A stretch of DNA of 64,000 nt from the human T2T-CHM13v2.0 reference genome, Homo sapiens, in the NCBI RefSeq assembly GCF_009914755.1, contig NC_060926.1; one strand, given 5' to 3'. The translations under genes were made by a program, and so were the position numbers. Under the pieces are notes generated by a model. The model was not told where the DNA came from. It worked only from the letters and a program-made list of their open reading frames with translations, and ran no database searches. Positions within the stretch are counted from its first letter, which is position 1; each line of letters starts with the position of its first letter. This document shows positions 39,860 through 54,957 of the stretch, one piece after another.

Positions 39860-40105
39860 CAGGGAGATGAGAGACCTAGGGAAGGAAAGAGGAAACAGAA
39901 TATTAGAAAAGGGTGGTGCAAGAGGGGAAATACTAAACACTGGTAAGAAAAGTGGGGGGAGAGGAGAGAAAAACGGAGGAAAGGTGGAAATGGGAGAGGC
40001 AAGAGGGGAGAAAGGAAGGGGTAAACAGGAGACCAGTAAGAGAAGAAAAGGGAAGGATAAAAAGGGAGACAGGAGACAGTGAAGAAGAGGAGAGTAAAGA
40101 GGAAG
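39860..40105 (+). repeat. Purine-rich (GA) low-complexity tract
   Basis: Almost entirely A/G, e.g. ggagaggcaagaggggagaaaggaagggg. Confidence 0.8.
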
Positions 40106-40456
40106 CCCCAAACTTTTGAACGTAGGAATAAAACTACACAGCTTAGCTAAAAGATATATCAGGACTTGCACAATTGGAAGCCAGGTATTATCTGGTCATG
40201 GTGTTTGGATCTGGTTCATCAAATCAGAATGAACGGGTGCTTTCCTTCAACTGTTGTAGGGAGGTGAGCTAATCCTTTCCAGGTGGTATGCGAACAGATG
40301 TAAAGGCCTTCTGCTAGCATTAGTGGAAGAGAATCATGGTCATAATGAAGACAACAGACAACAAACAGGTAAGAGCCCAGACCGAATTACACCAGGCTAA
40401 CTTTCCTTTGTATTATTTGTGCCATATCAGTTAATAATCATCCTTATGAGACACTT

Positions 40457-40785
<329 letters not shown>

Positions 40786-40889
40786 TGAAACACATCTAAT
40801 CTCAGTCTCATAGCTATGGAATACCAATAATTACTGGCAAAGTAGATTTATTTCCTGATCCATGATGCCCTCAGGCATTTATATCTTAC

Positions 40890-41593
40890 TGTTACAGTAG
40901 CTAGTCAGACAGACATGAGCAGGGCCAGAGAGGCCCCCTACTACCACCAGGAATGTCAGGTGACCATTAGGTGATGCGCCGTTAGTTGTTGACTGTCTCT
41001 CTAAAATAATTGGTTGCAGCTGGCACCAGGGAAAGGCAGTCTCCCAATGGATAGAAACACCCAAAACTGGTGATTAGCAGCTTCCCGATAAGATTTCAGG
41101 AGTTTGGTGAGTGGGCTCAAGCATGTACACTAAGAGGCAAAATGGCTGATTTTAACTGGTGTATGTCCTTACAGGAACGCTTGACTGGTAAGGGAAGAAT
41201 GCCTCAAGAAAGCATGCATACAATTTCAGTAAACACACTGCACATGTGGCCGCTCCCAGGTGCTGGCAGGTCACTGTGGATATGGACAGCCCACCCCAAG
41301 GGAAGATTCAGGGGAGAAGGGATGCAATACCCCAGAAGGCTGCCAACATATAATACCTCAAGTCAGAGGTCAAACCGTACCCTCAACTCTCTCAAGTCGC
41401 CTGCTTGGCCCTCGTCCAAGTATGTGCTATTTCCTTTCATTTTTGCCTTAAAACTTTTTAATAAACGTTCACTCCTGCTCTAAAACATGCCTCGGTCTTT
41501 CACTCTGCCTAATGCCCCTCAGTCAAATGCTTTCTTCTGAGGAGGCAAGAAATGAAGTTGTTGCAGACCAGTACGAATTTGCTGCCACTAACA
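40890..41593 (+). mobile_element. MER50-like ERV1 solo LTR
   Basis: TGTTACAGTAGCTAGTCAGACAGACATGAGCAGGG..AATAAA (41460)..CACTAACA; perfect TSD TTAC at 40886-40889 and 41594-41597. Confidence 0.88.
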
Positions 41594-41810
41594 TTACCAT
41601 CCCAGGAGGCCATTTAAACAATATTTTAACCAATAACTGTCTACTCTGATATCTCACTTCTGTGTAACATCCAGATTTGAAATTTCTAACATCAAGAGTT
41701 CTAGAACCATCCACAATCTTGAGTTTGCATAATTACAGGGGCTTTCTAGTCTAGGAGCTTCTCAAGCACCAGGCCTAGCACAAGTTTTCAAAATTTTTCA
41801 GTAATAAGTA

Positions 41811-42343
41811 CAGTAGTTCTCTCTAATTTGAGGAATATATGTCCTAAGACCCCCAGTGAATGCTTGAAACTGAAGGTAGTACAGAACCCTATACACACTG
41901 TGATTTTCCTATACATACATAACCTATGATAAAGCTTAACTTGTAAACTAGGCATAGTAAGAGATTAACAATAACTAAAATAAAATAGTACAATTTTAAC
42001 AATATGCCAGCATCACTACTTTTGTACTTTGGAACCCTTATAAAGGAAAAATGAAAGTTACTTGAACACAAATACTGTGATATCACCATAGCTGATCTGA
42101 AAACCTAGAAGGCTACTAAGTAACTAGCAGGGAGCATATACAAAATATATATGCTGGACAAAGGGATAATTCAAGTCACAGAAAGTGAGACAGCACAAGA
42201 TTTCATTATACTACTCAAAATGGTGTGGAATTTAAAACTTACGAGTTGTTTCTGGAATTTTCCATTCAATATTTTTCGACAGCAGTTGACTATGGATAAC
42301 AGAAACTTGAGAAAAAGAAACCACAGGTAAGGGGAGACTACTG
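41811..42343. mobile_element. MER44B (Tigger7-derived) MITE
   Basis: Termini cagtagttctctct.. and ..ggggagactactg; aagacccccagtgaatgcttgaaac; taggcatagtaagagattaacaataac. Confidence 0.85.
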
Positions 42344-44350
42344 CAATAGAGAAATAGCACTTAAGATGATGGTACTTAATTTGAAACATACTTTTCTTGG
42401 GCTCCATAATTCTTGGCATCAATTCAAAATACAAAGACAGGCTCAACAGTTTAAGCCACTTTCTTTGTTTCACATCCTAATAGCTTGGTGTAAGATTCTC
42501 TTCTCAGAAAAAAGAATCTCCCTCTGGGCAGCTAAGAAACAATACTTGAAGAATCATATTTGATCATGAAACAATAGAGTTAAGGTTAAAGCCAGTAATT
42601 CCCTGACACCAATATTGAAATGTAGAGTGTAAATTGTAGACCACTTTCTTTTTATATGTTTCAATAGAAGTCAGCTTGCAGAATGTTAGAATATTGAAGT
42701 AAAGCTGCAGGGTTTAAAAGGACACAATATAATCAGTTAAAATAGCAAAAGAAAGTCAATCAATTGGGCGCTATGACTATAAAAAAATGGTGAGAATCAT
42801 TTTTGCTTAATGAATTTAATTCACTGGGTTACAAAAATGTAGCATCTCAGAAGTAGCCCTAGGCTAACTTTTGTAGCTGACAGCCAAAGTTCTTTCATAA
42901 GTGGTCAACTAGATTATGTTCAAACACTGAGAAAACATTATCTCTTGAGACCTAGCATTCTGGTTTTGGGCAGATCCAAGTATAAGAAATTACTTGAAAT
43001 TTATAATAAATGTTTTAAATCCTGGAAGAGTCAAATATTCATCTATTTAAATCACAAAAAGAGTAATGCTAATCAGTCCTCTGTATGATAGCTTCCAAAG
43101 ATAATTTGCAAAACAATCCTATAAGAAAAGTGTTATACTTATTTCATATTTAAGTATACTAACCCTTATAGAATTTAAGAAACGTATATAAGTTCATACA
43201 TCCAGGAAGTGTCATGCAAATGCCGGGTCCCAGAACTATCAGAATTGTTAGCTCAGTGCGTTTTAACTCTGCTCCCAAAAGTAATAAGCTTAAACAGCTT
43301 TGCTTACTCTTTGTGACTTTTATCTTGCTTATATTAGGAACATGTATTATTTGCCAGGCACATTTGCAGGAACAGGAATCCCATGGAGACTATGATCTGG
43401 AGGTTTAGAAGGATATAAAAATAATGGCATCTTTAAATATACAAAGCATTGTGAGAGACATTAAAAAAAATAAGAAGTTCTGAAGGACATGTAATGGTGA
43501 CATGACCAATCTAAAGAGCTTGAGCCACGATGAGTGAAGTAAAATTTGTTTAAGGGAAGTTTCTAGTGCTTGGAAATGACAGGTGAAGGAAAAAGGGGAT
43601 TCGAACTGGGTGGAAACACTAGAATCTCATAGTGTTGTTAAAGACACTGGTCTTTAGAACAGCAGGAATCCACTGACTTATTTGAATGGGTCAAGTGACA
43701 TGATCAAATTTACATACTCAAATGATCACCTTTTTTGCAGACAATTTCAATATTTTGGTTGTTTTGTTTCATTTTGTTTGGCTTGCAGGTGATTAGAAAA
43801 CAAAGACAGACAGATTTATAGCTTCTTAAACAAATTAGCAGCGCTGCCCTAACTCTAGGCCCCCATTTCCCTTTAGCCCCAGTTGATGGACACTGCATGT
43901 CCTCTTCCAGACTGGACATGTGCTTGTCACTGGCCTTGGTACTTAGGTGGTCAGCTTTAATCTTCTGCTTTAGCTGCCTGGAGCTTGAAGAATTTGAGTT
44001 TCTGACCCCAAAATGGAGTATAGTAAAATGAATATTGGACCAGATGCAAGACATTAGATGTGTCATTTATCATCTCTAGAATTTAGTATATTAAACTGGA
44101 ATCTGGTATCTTTATCTGCAAAATTATTTGGTTGAAATTCATGATCTCCAAAGACCCTGGCAGCTCTAAAAATTGGACAGGCTATTTTATTTTTAACAGT
44201 CTATTTTAGAATTTTCTACTTTGACCTGATAACTTTTAAAAATGTATTATTATTTTCTGCTCTATACCCATTAAGCAAAGAATGAGAGGTACTTTCCTAT
44301 CTAACACATTTTGGAAATATGGCTAAAAATTTGGAATATAAGATATAAAT

Positions 44351-44680
44351 CAAGGTTCTCAAACTCAAATGCCTGCAGAAGTCAGGTGAAGGGCACAGAA
44401 AAGTGAAGCATGACAGTAGAGACACTTTCAAATTAAGAGACTGCATACCTGGGGTGAATGAGCATTTGCTGCTTAGCTTTAGCTCACAGCTCTTCTATAG
44501 GAATACATGCCCCAAGCTGGGAAATCTGATTTTTAAAAGGAAGTCAATAATCATGATTTGGCCACATAGTCTCCCAATTTTTTAAGTGTTGACAATGGGT
44601 TTGTTTTGTTTAAAAATGCCATGTGAGCTAAAAGCCAAACAAATCTGCAGGATGGTAATGAACCGTGGGTCTTCAGAATG
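44351..44680. mobile_element. MER102-like hAT-Charlie element
   Basis: caaggttctcaaactcaaatgcctgcagaagtcagg..gctgggaaatctgatttttaaaaggaagtc..ctcccaattttttaa. Confidence 0.6.
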
Positions 44681-44799
44681 TGACTTTTCACCTAAGTTCT
44701 TCTCATCCTCTCCTGTCTACTGTCTCTCTCTGGCCTCAACTTCAGCTTTTGTTAACAGCTCTCCCATGTTTCAGAGCCTTTACTGAAGAAAACCTACCT

Positions 44800-45155
44800 C
44801 AGGGCCCGTCCCAACACCACTTGCATCAGTATCACCTGAGAATCTGTGGAAACACACATTCTCGAGCCCACCCTGGTCCTACTTAATGAGAAACTCTGAG
44901 GGTGAGGCCTAATAATCTATGTATTGTCAAGCCCTACAGGTGTTTCTGACACCTGCTAACACTTGAGAACTGATGAATGAAGCTTTTATTTAGAAAATGT
45001 GGTTATCAATCCTGGCTGCACATTAGAGTCACATAGGAGCTTACTAAGTTTACTTTAAAATAAATTAAACTCATTTAATTGGCCTTGTGTGGTACCTGGG
45101 CATCAGTAAATTGTAAAACTCATTCTAAAGTGAAGGTAAGTTTGGAACCCACTGG
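44800..45155. mobile_element. Adjacent MER5A and MER5B hAT MITEs
   Basis: gcatcagtatcacctgagaatctg..gaaactctgagggtgaggcc..ttgagaac; then gtggttatcaatcctggctgcacattagagtcac..ggaacccactg. Confidence 0.75.
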
Positions 45156-45894
45156 ATTTTCCCATCAAGGAACTTAGCTCTGGTTGACTCTGATAGAGAA
45201 TGATTTCCTAAACCTTAGAAGACTAAGGAGTGATAGATTATGCTTCTCTTTTCCACTTAAACTCCTGGGATGTGGCTGGACTTCAGAAAAGAATATTGCT
45301 GCCTGCAGATTCATTATATAAGTACTGCAGCCTTTACAGTAGCATAGCAAAAAATATTCCTCATGACCAATGCTGCAGGGGAAGTAGCGCTCTTGAGGTT
45401 TTATGAAGTGGCATGCTGGGTTGTGAGTAGGGTGTGAGGATTAGGGAGGGCCAATATCCAACAGCTATCAGTGTAGCAAAAATCAGTCTAACCACAAGAT
45501 GTACCAGAAACCAGGTCCTTTCCCTGTTCTTACACCATACTCCAAGGGAAGCCCCAATTACACAGCCCCGAAACCAAAAGCCTAGTTCTCTAGTTTCTGA
45601 ACTCAAGCTCCAGAAAATCAGTTCCGCGGTGTATTAGACTCTGTTAGCAAACTCACAGAGAATGAGAACAAGTCCAAAGTGTTGATTAAAAAGTTGTCTT
45701 TAGTATCGTGTAACATAATTAAAAAATAAACAATTGCTTAATTTCAATATTTTAAAGTTAATACTTAAGGATTATTGGTTTATGCAAATAATGCAAAAAT
45801 TAATTTGCTGGTATTTTAAAAACAAAACTATCAACACTATTTTAGCATCACGAAAAAAATAACAATAGCATTTTACATTTTAAGAAAACAATAA

Positions 45895-46075
45895 TAGTAT
45901 TTACATTTTATTTAATGCCTATTTTCCTTCAGGGAATGTTCTAAATACTTTTAAGGTGTTATCTCATAGCCATTCTACTATTACGATTCTTATTTAAGAA
46001 ATTAAGATTCCCAAAGAAAAGAGAAGATAAATAACTTGCCTAATATCCATGGCTTAATCCAACAGTATGAGCACC
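45895..46075 (-). mobile_element. MIR SINE fragment
   Basis: atgttctaaatactttta..tatctcat..aaataacttgcctaatatccatggct. Confidence 0.5.
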
Positions 46076-46110
46076 AAGTTATCAATATGGAGTTATAATA
46101 TGCTCTTTCA

Positions 46111-46172
46111 ATAGATGATGGATGGATGGATAGATAGAAAGGTAGGTAGGTAGGTAGACAGATAGACAGATG
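46111..46172 (+). repeat. Compound (GGAT)(GATA)(GGTA)(GACA) tetranucleotide repeat
   Basis: Directly visible. Confidence 0.85.
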
Positions 46173-47127
46173 GGTATAGAAACTATATGAAATGCTTATT
46201 AATTCCAACATCAATGAAGGAAGAAATATAAAGTCATGATTCAAAATGCAATATTATTATGAAAATAATCTGCACTTCAATTTTAGTAGAATAAGTGTAA
46301 CAGCTAATTCAAAAGTGTATATTTAATAAATAAATAAATAATATATTTTAAAGGACAGTATATGCTTTAGCACTGGCAAAGGCAGTGTATATCAGAGTCT
46401 AATCCAGTTAAAAATGTAGATCTAAACATTGAAAAAAGTCGTTAGATTTTTTAAAGTAATATTAATAATGATTTAGTTGAATTATTTAATATTTTAACAT
46501 ACAATTAAGATATAGTAGCTCAGGTGAGCATGACACCTGTAAACTCCACTTTAGAAGACTGCAATGAAAGATAACAAATGAGAAAGAAACCTAAAATCAC
46601 TTAGCCAAGCTCAACTATAGAATCCATATTTCTCCAGTCAAGAAGTAAAACATAAGTGTAAAATGGTGGGGAGAGACTGAAACTGAGATGTCTAGGTCCA
46701 GAAGCAGATGACTGACATCAAGACTCTGGCTCCTGCATGGTAATAAGTAGAACATGTGCATTCCCCTAGAACTTGGTCTAGAGCCAAATTCACTGTTTAT
46801 AGGGCTGAGTGAGTGTCGGCCACTCATAAAAGGGGAAAAATCAAACAAAGACACATGAATACAAAATCCTCACTAATAAGCTGCTACTGCTTGGAGTGTG
46901 ATTTTATAGAAAACTATGCGGCTATGTAGTCTGGGGATAAACACAGAGTATCACTACCAGATTCTAAGCCAAGCTGCCAATGACTTTCGGTCAGAGTTTG
47001 CTCAAGCCCCATATCCTCATGTGGCAATAACTGGAATACTTTTATACAACTATGCTTTAGGTAATTGTAATAGACTTGGATGGAAGAAACAGAAAAATTT
47101 AAAAAAGGGAAGGAGAAAAAGGGGGTG

Positions 47128-47129
<2 letters not shown>

Positions 47130-47163
<34 letters not shown>
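47130..47163 (+). repeat. (GA)n microsatellite
   Basis: About 17 perfect GA units. Confidence 0.95.
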
Positions 47164-47167
<4 letters not shown>

Positions 47168-47568
47168 CATTGAAAGAAAACCTGCAAATCAAAGTGAACA
47201 ATTGGACAAGAAACCTACAGCACATGAAATTAAATACTAGAATAGCTGATATTATTGAAAACAAATACATTGAGGATGTTCAAAGAGTTAAATGAAGGCA
47301 TCCGTTAAAAATAATATAAAATAATATAAAAATAATGTAAAATTATAAATTATTTTTTAAAAATAGAAATAAGACAAGATCAGGTGATTATAAAATAAAT
47401 AATTAGAAATTAAAATGTAAAAGAAGATATAATCTCTAATATATACAACAATAAATAACTATTATGCAAATGTGATACAATGTGAACATTTGTAGGATTT
47501 TGAAAAGAAGAAGATAGGAGAAATGGAGGAGAAAAAAAATATCTGAACCAGTGATTGTTAATACATTT

Positions 47569-50220
47569 CCAGAAAATCAACAAAGGAACACTGAACTTCA
47601 ACTGGGCTTTTGACCAAATGGACCCAACAGACATTTACAGAACATTCACCCAGCAGCTGCAGAATATGCATTTTTCTCATGAGCACATGGAATATTCTTC
47701 AAAACAAATGTAGGCCACAAATAAAGCCTCAATAAATTTTAAAAAATGAAAATTGTATTAAGTATCTTCTCATACCACACTGGAATAAAACTAGAAATCT
47801 ATATTGAGAAATGTTGGAAATTATACTAATACATGGAAATTAAATAACATGCTCCTGAGCAATCAGCCAATGAAGAAATTAAGATCAAAATTAGAAAAAT
47901 CTTTTGAAACAAATGAAAATGAAAACACAACTTACCAAAACTTGTGGGATACATAAAAAGCAGTGCTAAGATAATAGTTTACAGCATTAAAAGCACACAT
48001 GAAAAAAGTAAAAAAGATCTCAAATTAACAGCTTAATGTCACATCTTAACAAACTAGAAAAAGAACAAACAAAAACCCATGTTAGAAGAAAAGAGAAATC
48101 GCAAAGATCAGAGCAGAACTAAATGAAACAGACAGAAAACATACAATCAATGAAATGAAAAGTTGTTTTTTTTGAAAAGATTAACAAAATTTTTAAACTG
48201 CTAGCTAGACTAACCAGAAAAAGAAAAAAAAAAGATTTAAATAAACAAAATCAGACATGAAATAGGAAACATTACAACTGATATCACAGAAATACAAAAA
48301 AATAATCAGAGACTACTAATAGTACCTCTGTGCAAAAAAACTAGAAAACCTAGTGGAAATGGATAAATTCCTCAAAACACACAACACCCTAAGATTGAGC
48401 CATAAAAAAATGGAAATCCTAACAGACCAATAATGAGTAGTGAGATTGAATCAGTAGTAAAATTATCTGCCAACAACAACAGGAAGCCCAGAAGCAGATG
48501 GATTTATGTCAGAATTCTATCAAACACTCAAAGAAGAGTGAATACCAATCCTCCTAAAACTCTTCCAAAAAATTGAGGAGGAAGGAGCCCACTCTAACTT
48601 ATTTTATGAAGCCAGTATCACCCTGACACCAAAATCAGACAAGGACACAACAAAAAAGAAAACTACAGACTATATCCCTGATGAACATAGATGCACAAAT
48701 CCTTAACAAAATTGTAGCAAACTGAATACTACAGCACATTGAAAAGATAACATACCATGAAAAAGTGGATTTTATATCACAGATGCAAAGATAGTTCAAC
48801 TTTATAAATATGATATATCACACAAACAGAACTAAGGACAAAAGGCATGTAATCATCCCTATAGATGTATGAAAAACATTTAATAAAATTTAGCCTCCCG
48901 TCACGATAAAAATCCTCAACAAACTAGGCATAGATGGAACATATCTCAAGATAATAAAAACCATATATGATAAACCCACAGACAGCATCACACTGAATGA
49001 GGAAACATTCAAAGCATTCCCTTTAGGAAATGGTACAAGACGAGGATGCCCAATTTCACCACTTCTATTCAACATAATAGCTGGAAGTCCTAGCCAGAGC
49101 AATCAGGTAAGAGAAATAAATAAAAGATATCCATATTAGGCAAGATGAAGTCAAATTATTCCTGCTTATTGATGAAATGGCTTTATATAAAAAATACCAA
49201 AAGATTCCACCAAAATCTCTTAGACTTAATAAAAGAATTCAGTAAAGTTTTAGGATCAAAAATTAACATATAAAAGTCAGTCATGTTTCTCTACACCAAC
49301 ATCGATCAAGCTGAGAATCAAATCAAGAAGACAACTGCATTTATAATAATTACAAAAATATGCCTATGAATATATTTAACCAAAGAGGTACAAAATCTCT
49401 ACAAGGAAAATTATAAAACCCTGATTTTTTTCTACAATTTTTTCTCCACAAGCAAATGGAAAAATATCCCATGCTCATGGATAAGAATAATTAATAACAT
49501 TAAAATGACCATACTGCTCCAAGCAATCTATAGAGTCAATGCAATCCTTATCAAAATACCAATGTCATTTTTCACAGAATCAGGAAAAACAATTCTAACA
49601 TTCATGGAACCAAAATAAACCCTGAATAGACAAAGCAGTACTAAGCAAAAATTTCTAAGCTGGAGTCATCACATTACCTGACTTCAAATTATACTACAAA
49701 GCTATACTAACCCAAACAATATTGGGTTACTGTTACTGCTTTTACTGGTATAAAAGCAGTTATATAAATTAATGGAACAAAATAGAGAACCCAGAAATAA
49801 AGTCACGTATCCACAGCCAACTAATCTTTAACAAAGTTAACAAAAACATATAGTGGGGAAGGTACACCCTATTCAATAAATGGTTCCAGGAAAACTGGAT
49901 TCCCATATGCAAAAGAATGAAACTGGACCACTATATCATCATATACAAAAATCAACTCAAGATGGATTAAAGACTTAAGTGTAAGACCTGAAATTATAAA
50001 ATTACCAGAAGTAATCTCAGGGAAAACTCTTCTGGACATTGGTCTAGGCAAGAAATTCATGACTAAGACCTCAAAAGCACAGGCAACATAAACAAAAAAT
50101 AAACAAATGCAACTTAATTAAACTAAAAAGCTCTGAACCACAAAAGAAATAATCAAGAGAGTGAAAACAGACAACCTACAGAGTGAAAGAAAATATTTGC
50201 AAACTATTCATTCCACAGAG
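47569..50220 (+). mobile_element. Decayed L1 (L1PB/L1MA-type) ORF2, late endonuclease through RT, lacking its 3' end
   Basis: gaccaaatggacccaacagacatttacagaacattc; attttatgaagccagtatcaccctgacacc; caagacgaggatgcccaatttcaccact; FADD region decayed (cttattgatgaaatg). Many stops; no 3' UTR or poly(A). Confidence 0.93.
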
Positions 50221-50231
50221 ATTTTCATACT

Positions 50232-50746
50232 ATTAGTCTATTTTTCACCAATAAGACACTGTCTTGATTACTGTAGTTTTATAGTAAGTCTTGAAGTAGA
50301 GTCAGTTCTCCGATTCTATCTTCTCCTTCAATGTTGTGTTAGCTATTCTGAGTCTCTTGCCTCTCCCTATACATTTTAGAATCAGTTTGTTAATATCCAC
50401 AAAATATCTTGCTTGGGTTTCTATTGAGATTGCATTGACTCTATATAACAATTTTGGAAGAACTGACATCTTGAAAACATTAATCCATGTTCTAAATGAA
50501 CATGAAGTATCTCTACATTTATTCAGTTTTTCTTTGATTTCTTTCATCAGATTTTGTAGTGTTTTAAAAAAAAATCCTGTACCTATTTTGATTAAGTTAA
50601 GCTAAGAATTTCATTTGGAGGTCAGCATGAAGCAGCTTATCAACCTCGTATTACACTACACAAATTACAAAATTTCAAGAATAAAAAAATTATTCAATTG
50701 AAAAATCAACCAATGAAAATCCATAAGTCCAAAATTTAGAGAGAGA
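50232..50746 (-). repeat. Inverted copy of 57879-58389
   Basis: About 92% identical over about 515 bp by eye. Includes an old L1M ORF2 piece and its flank; the ORF track shows near-identical peptides on opposite strands. Confidence 0.95.
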
Positions 50747-53700
50747 AATAAATAATAAATGAAAATCTCATACTGATATGATCTATATAATCCTAAACTA
50801 TATAACATAACAATATTTCAAGGCGTAATTAAAAATCTCACACGTACAGTAGATTTTAATGTATATTTACCATACATATAGATCAAGCAATAACATTTAA
50901 AATAAAAATGTGTTGAGCAAAAATGAACAAACATGACCTAAAAGATTAAGTCCACACATAAAAACTAGCTTAAGCATTACCTTGCTACATGTTTTGTGTA
51001 AGATTTCACTACGATAAGCATTTGCTAAATGCAAAGGAATTTACTTAAATATAAGGAAATGTCTCATTTTGTATCATGTTTCCTGTTTTGACTGCATTAC
51101 ACTGTATGAATTAATGCAACTTTATTTTACAGTTTGATTTATCATTTAGCTACTAATATGCACTGAAATACAACACAGGCATTTCCTACCTAACACGGGT
51201 AATCCGTTCTGTATGAAAATGTGAACCAAGAGCCTATTTGCCATTATTTTAAATGGAGAAACACATAATGCATTAGAATTTAACCCTGTAAACTCTCAAC
51301 AATTTCTAAAATAACAATAAAACACACAAAACATACTTCTGTATGTGTGTATAGTTCTTTTTTTAAAAAAAAGCTTGCTTTGCTCTGTCTTATAATTTTA
51401 ACACATTACTGAGATTCATTTTAATATTGGGTGACAGCCAGGTCTAAATTTGAAAAGGCACCATGGAAAGGAGATCAGGACAAATAAAATGGCAGATTAT
51501 CTCACACAAAAACAATGATGCTGTGATAACTCCTTTAGTACCATTAACATCCAAACACAATCTCTTTTCATTGACATTCAATTCAAAAATCCGTAGATTG
51601 GTTCTGATGTTCTTTTTACTTCTTTTATTTGGATTATTACTCAAATCTGTATAAGCTCTGTATTCTCTTAAAGATGTTGTATTAATAATATAGAACATAA
51701 ATATACTTTTTCCCTGTATAAAGTGTGTAAGCTCTATAAAATTTGGATATTAAAAGTCAGAAGGTGTTTTATACACAAACATTAAACAGAGAGATATTTT
51801 ATGTGAGATGCATCTAATGGTATTTACGAATACACTACTGTTTGCATCACATTGTATATAATTTACCCAATAATATATATTTCAGTATTAACTGCTGCTA
51901 CTAATTTGTTTCAGTTTGTGATTGCCTACTTCATTAAGGATTCAGAAGACCATTGTAGCATATCCATATTTTCCACATCTAATGCACATACAGAATTTAT
52001 TTCCTATGTGATTCTAATTAGAGAAATGGTTGTCATATCAAGCAAATTTCTTTTCCCATAAAACCACTTTCAAATCACATTTTAGTGGCTGGTGAAAACA
52101 ATATACCTTTTTTTCAAAAAATTTTATATAAAATTAATTTACATACCTGAGAAACATTATTTCTTTCAGTCTTTTCTTCTATGATTTAAAACATGTATGT
52201 ATCCAAAGCATTCTTATAGCATTTATATATTTACATATTACAGATTAAATATGCATATGTTTCTTCTCTGCATCCTCTCTTACACTAAAAAAAAAAAAAA
52301 AAAGGATGGCAGAGGAATCAAATCAACAAGGAGAGAGAACTGGGGAGAGGAAGGATGGCAGATGAAAAATGTCAAAAAAGATTTGGAAGATGCAAATTGG
52401 ATGCATAAGTGACAGTGAACTTACGTTCCACTTTTCCACTTAGTTAAGTACCTATGGCAGCATAAACAGCTAATCTGTTGTCTTTCCTTTAGCTTTAGGG
52501 ATGCCTGAGAATTTGACCCTCAAATAAATCCTCCTTGAAAGACCAATGTAAGGAAAGTCTTGTATTCTTTCTCCAAGATAAATGAAGGTCCTGCAGAAGT
52601 TAGCTTGTACCAAATCAAACTCCCTTGCCTGGTTGTAGAGATTATTTATTTAGTAAGCTATTATTGATGAATAACATGAAATTGATAAATAAGCTGTAAT
52701 TGAAGAGTAATGGGCAATTGATGAGATGCAGTTTCACCAGGGAACTAGAATTAGTCAAATACCCCTGGGAGTGCTGCATAAAAATGAGGTATAACTAAAA
52801 ACACCAATTTATGACTCTCCTCAGCCTCCTCTCACATGAAGACTTAGATCCAATGGGAAATGACTGGGACATTTGGAGTCTGCCTCTGGGAATCACGAGG
52901 CATCTGCTAGCTGCTTGCTGCTAAGTTTGGTCTTCTCCCTGTGCTATACTCTTTTTTAAAAACTAAGTAAACTTGATACTAGGTGAACTGTATTGTGTTT
53001 TATGATTTTAATTGTTAATTTAAACCTAAAACCATCCTGGCTTGTCAAGCAGAGTTAATTGTTATCAAAGGCAGAAAGAAGGAATGGGGAGCAAAGAGGC
53101 AAAATTGTGTCACAGACCATCAGAAAGTCTCAGGAATTGAAAACACTGTTTGAAGGCAGAGATCTAGGAAATGATTTTAAAATGTACAAGATTCTAGGCT
53201 TTCCTAAAAAAATGTTAAGGAACATATACATCCCCACACTTAATGACCACATCTCTCTATGTCAGGCAACTATTCTTTTCTTACTGGCAGAAAAGGCTAG
53301 AAGTTTACTATCTGGACAATGTATTTTGTTTATATAAAAACAATCTCCTTTCCTGGGAGCCAAAAAGCAAGCTGAGGCAGAAAGGCTCAAGAGCCCTGGA
53401 CTCTGGGACACCAGGAAGAACTGAGGGGGATGAATGAGGCACCATATTGAAGACAGGGAGATTGTGTACAAACCTACACCCAACTGTATACTCTAACTTC
53501 CTCCCTCAGCTTCTGGAAAAGAAGTTGCAAAATTATGCTGGAGGTGGAAGGATAGATAACACACTTAGATTCCTTGTTATTTGGAGTTTCCCCAATTAAA
53601 CCACCATATCCCACTAGTTCATGTCACTCTGTGGCCCAGTATGATGAGCCCTGCCCATTCTTAGAGTTTGAAGTCACTCTAACATTAAAACTGATGATGT

Positions 53701-54636
53701 TTGTCAGCCATGTGAAGAATGCTTTAATAAGAACAAGGACCAAAACAAACAAACAGAGGAAGATGCTGTTCAATGGAATGAAGGAGTAAACTGAAGAAGA
53801 GGAAGCCACAACTGTCAAGGAGACAGGGGTAGGTGCTGGCAAAGGAGAAAGGGGAAGGCACTCCCGGGGACAACGGGGAGGGCATCCTGGAATAAATGGT
53901 CTGCATCTTACACAGAACATTCAGTTCCCATTAGAAGAGGAGAAAAAAAGACACCTAGGAGGGGAGATTTCAGATTTTAAAAATGACAGAGGTAATTTAC
54001 CTGATGTGCTTAGTGGTGTTATGATGAACATTTTACTTGAGAGTTTGGGGATAAACTGGTGATAGTTAAAAAGGAAAGAAAAAAATGAAATTATGTAATT
54101 ATTAACTGGTGAAAAACCATACAGTTAATCAAAGTGCATCCCAGCTGTAATATTAACTGACATAGTTATATGGTGAAGACAGTAATATTAGTTTGCTGAA
54201 AGTTATCATATAGCTTGAGTGGAAAAACAAGAGATGGGTATTTATGATTTGAGGAAGAGTACATGGGGCTCCACTGAATACTATACTAGGAAGTCCACAG
54301 ATAAAGCTATGAGCTTATTTGGGAAAATGGAAATAAATTTTAAAAAAAAAGAGCTAAATGAGTCAAAAATTGTTGCTTCTAGGGAATGGGGCATAGAGAT
54401 AGGACCTAGTGAAAAAACAGGTTGTCTTATTTCATTAGATGCTATATAGGATCACCTTATTTTTTAAAAGCATGTATATATGATACAATAATAATAAAAT
54501 ACAAATGTATAAGAAATGAATTCTTCCTCTAATCTTTCCTTCAAAGATAGCACCTTTCACCCTTTGGTGGAAATTCCTCACCCTGTCTAGAGAGCTAAGT
54601 CCAGTTTATTGCTTAGTGTCCTTTGGCCAGTTTTTT

Positions 54637-54957
<321 letters not shown>

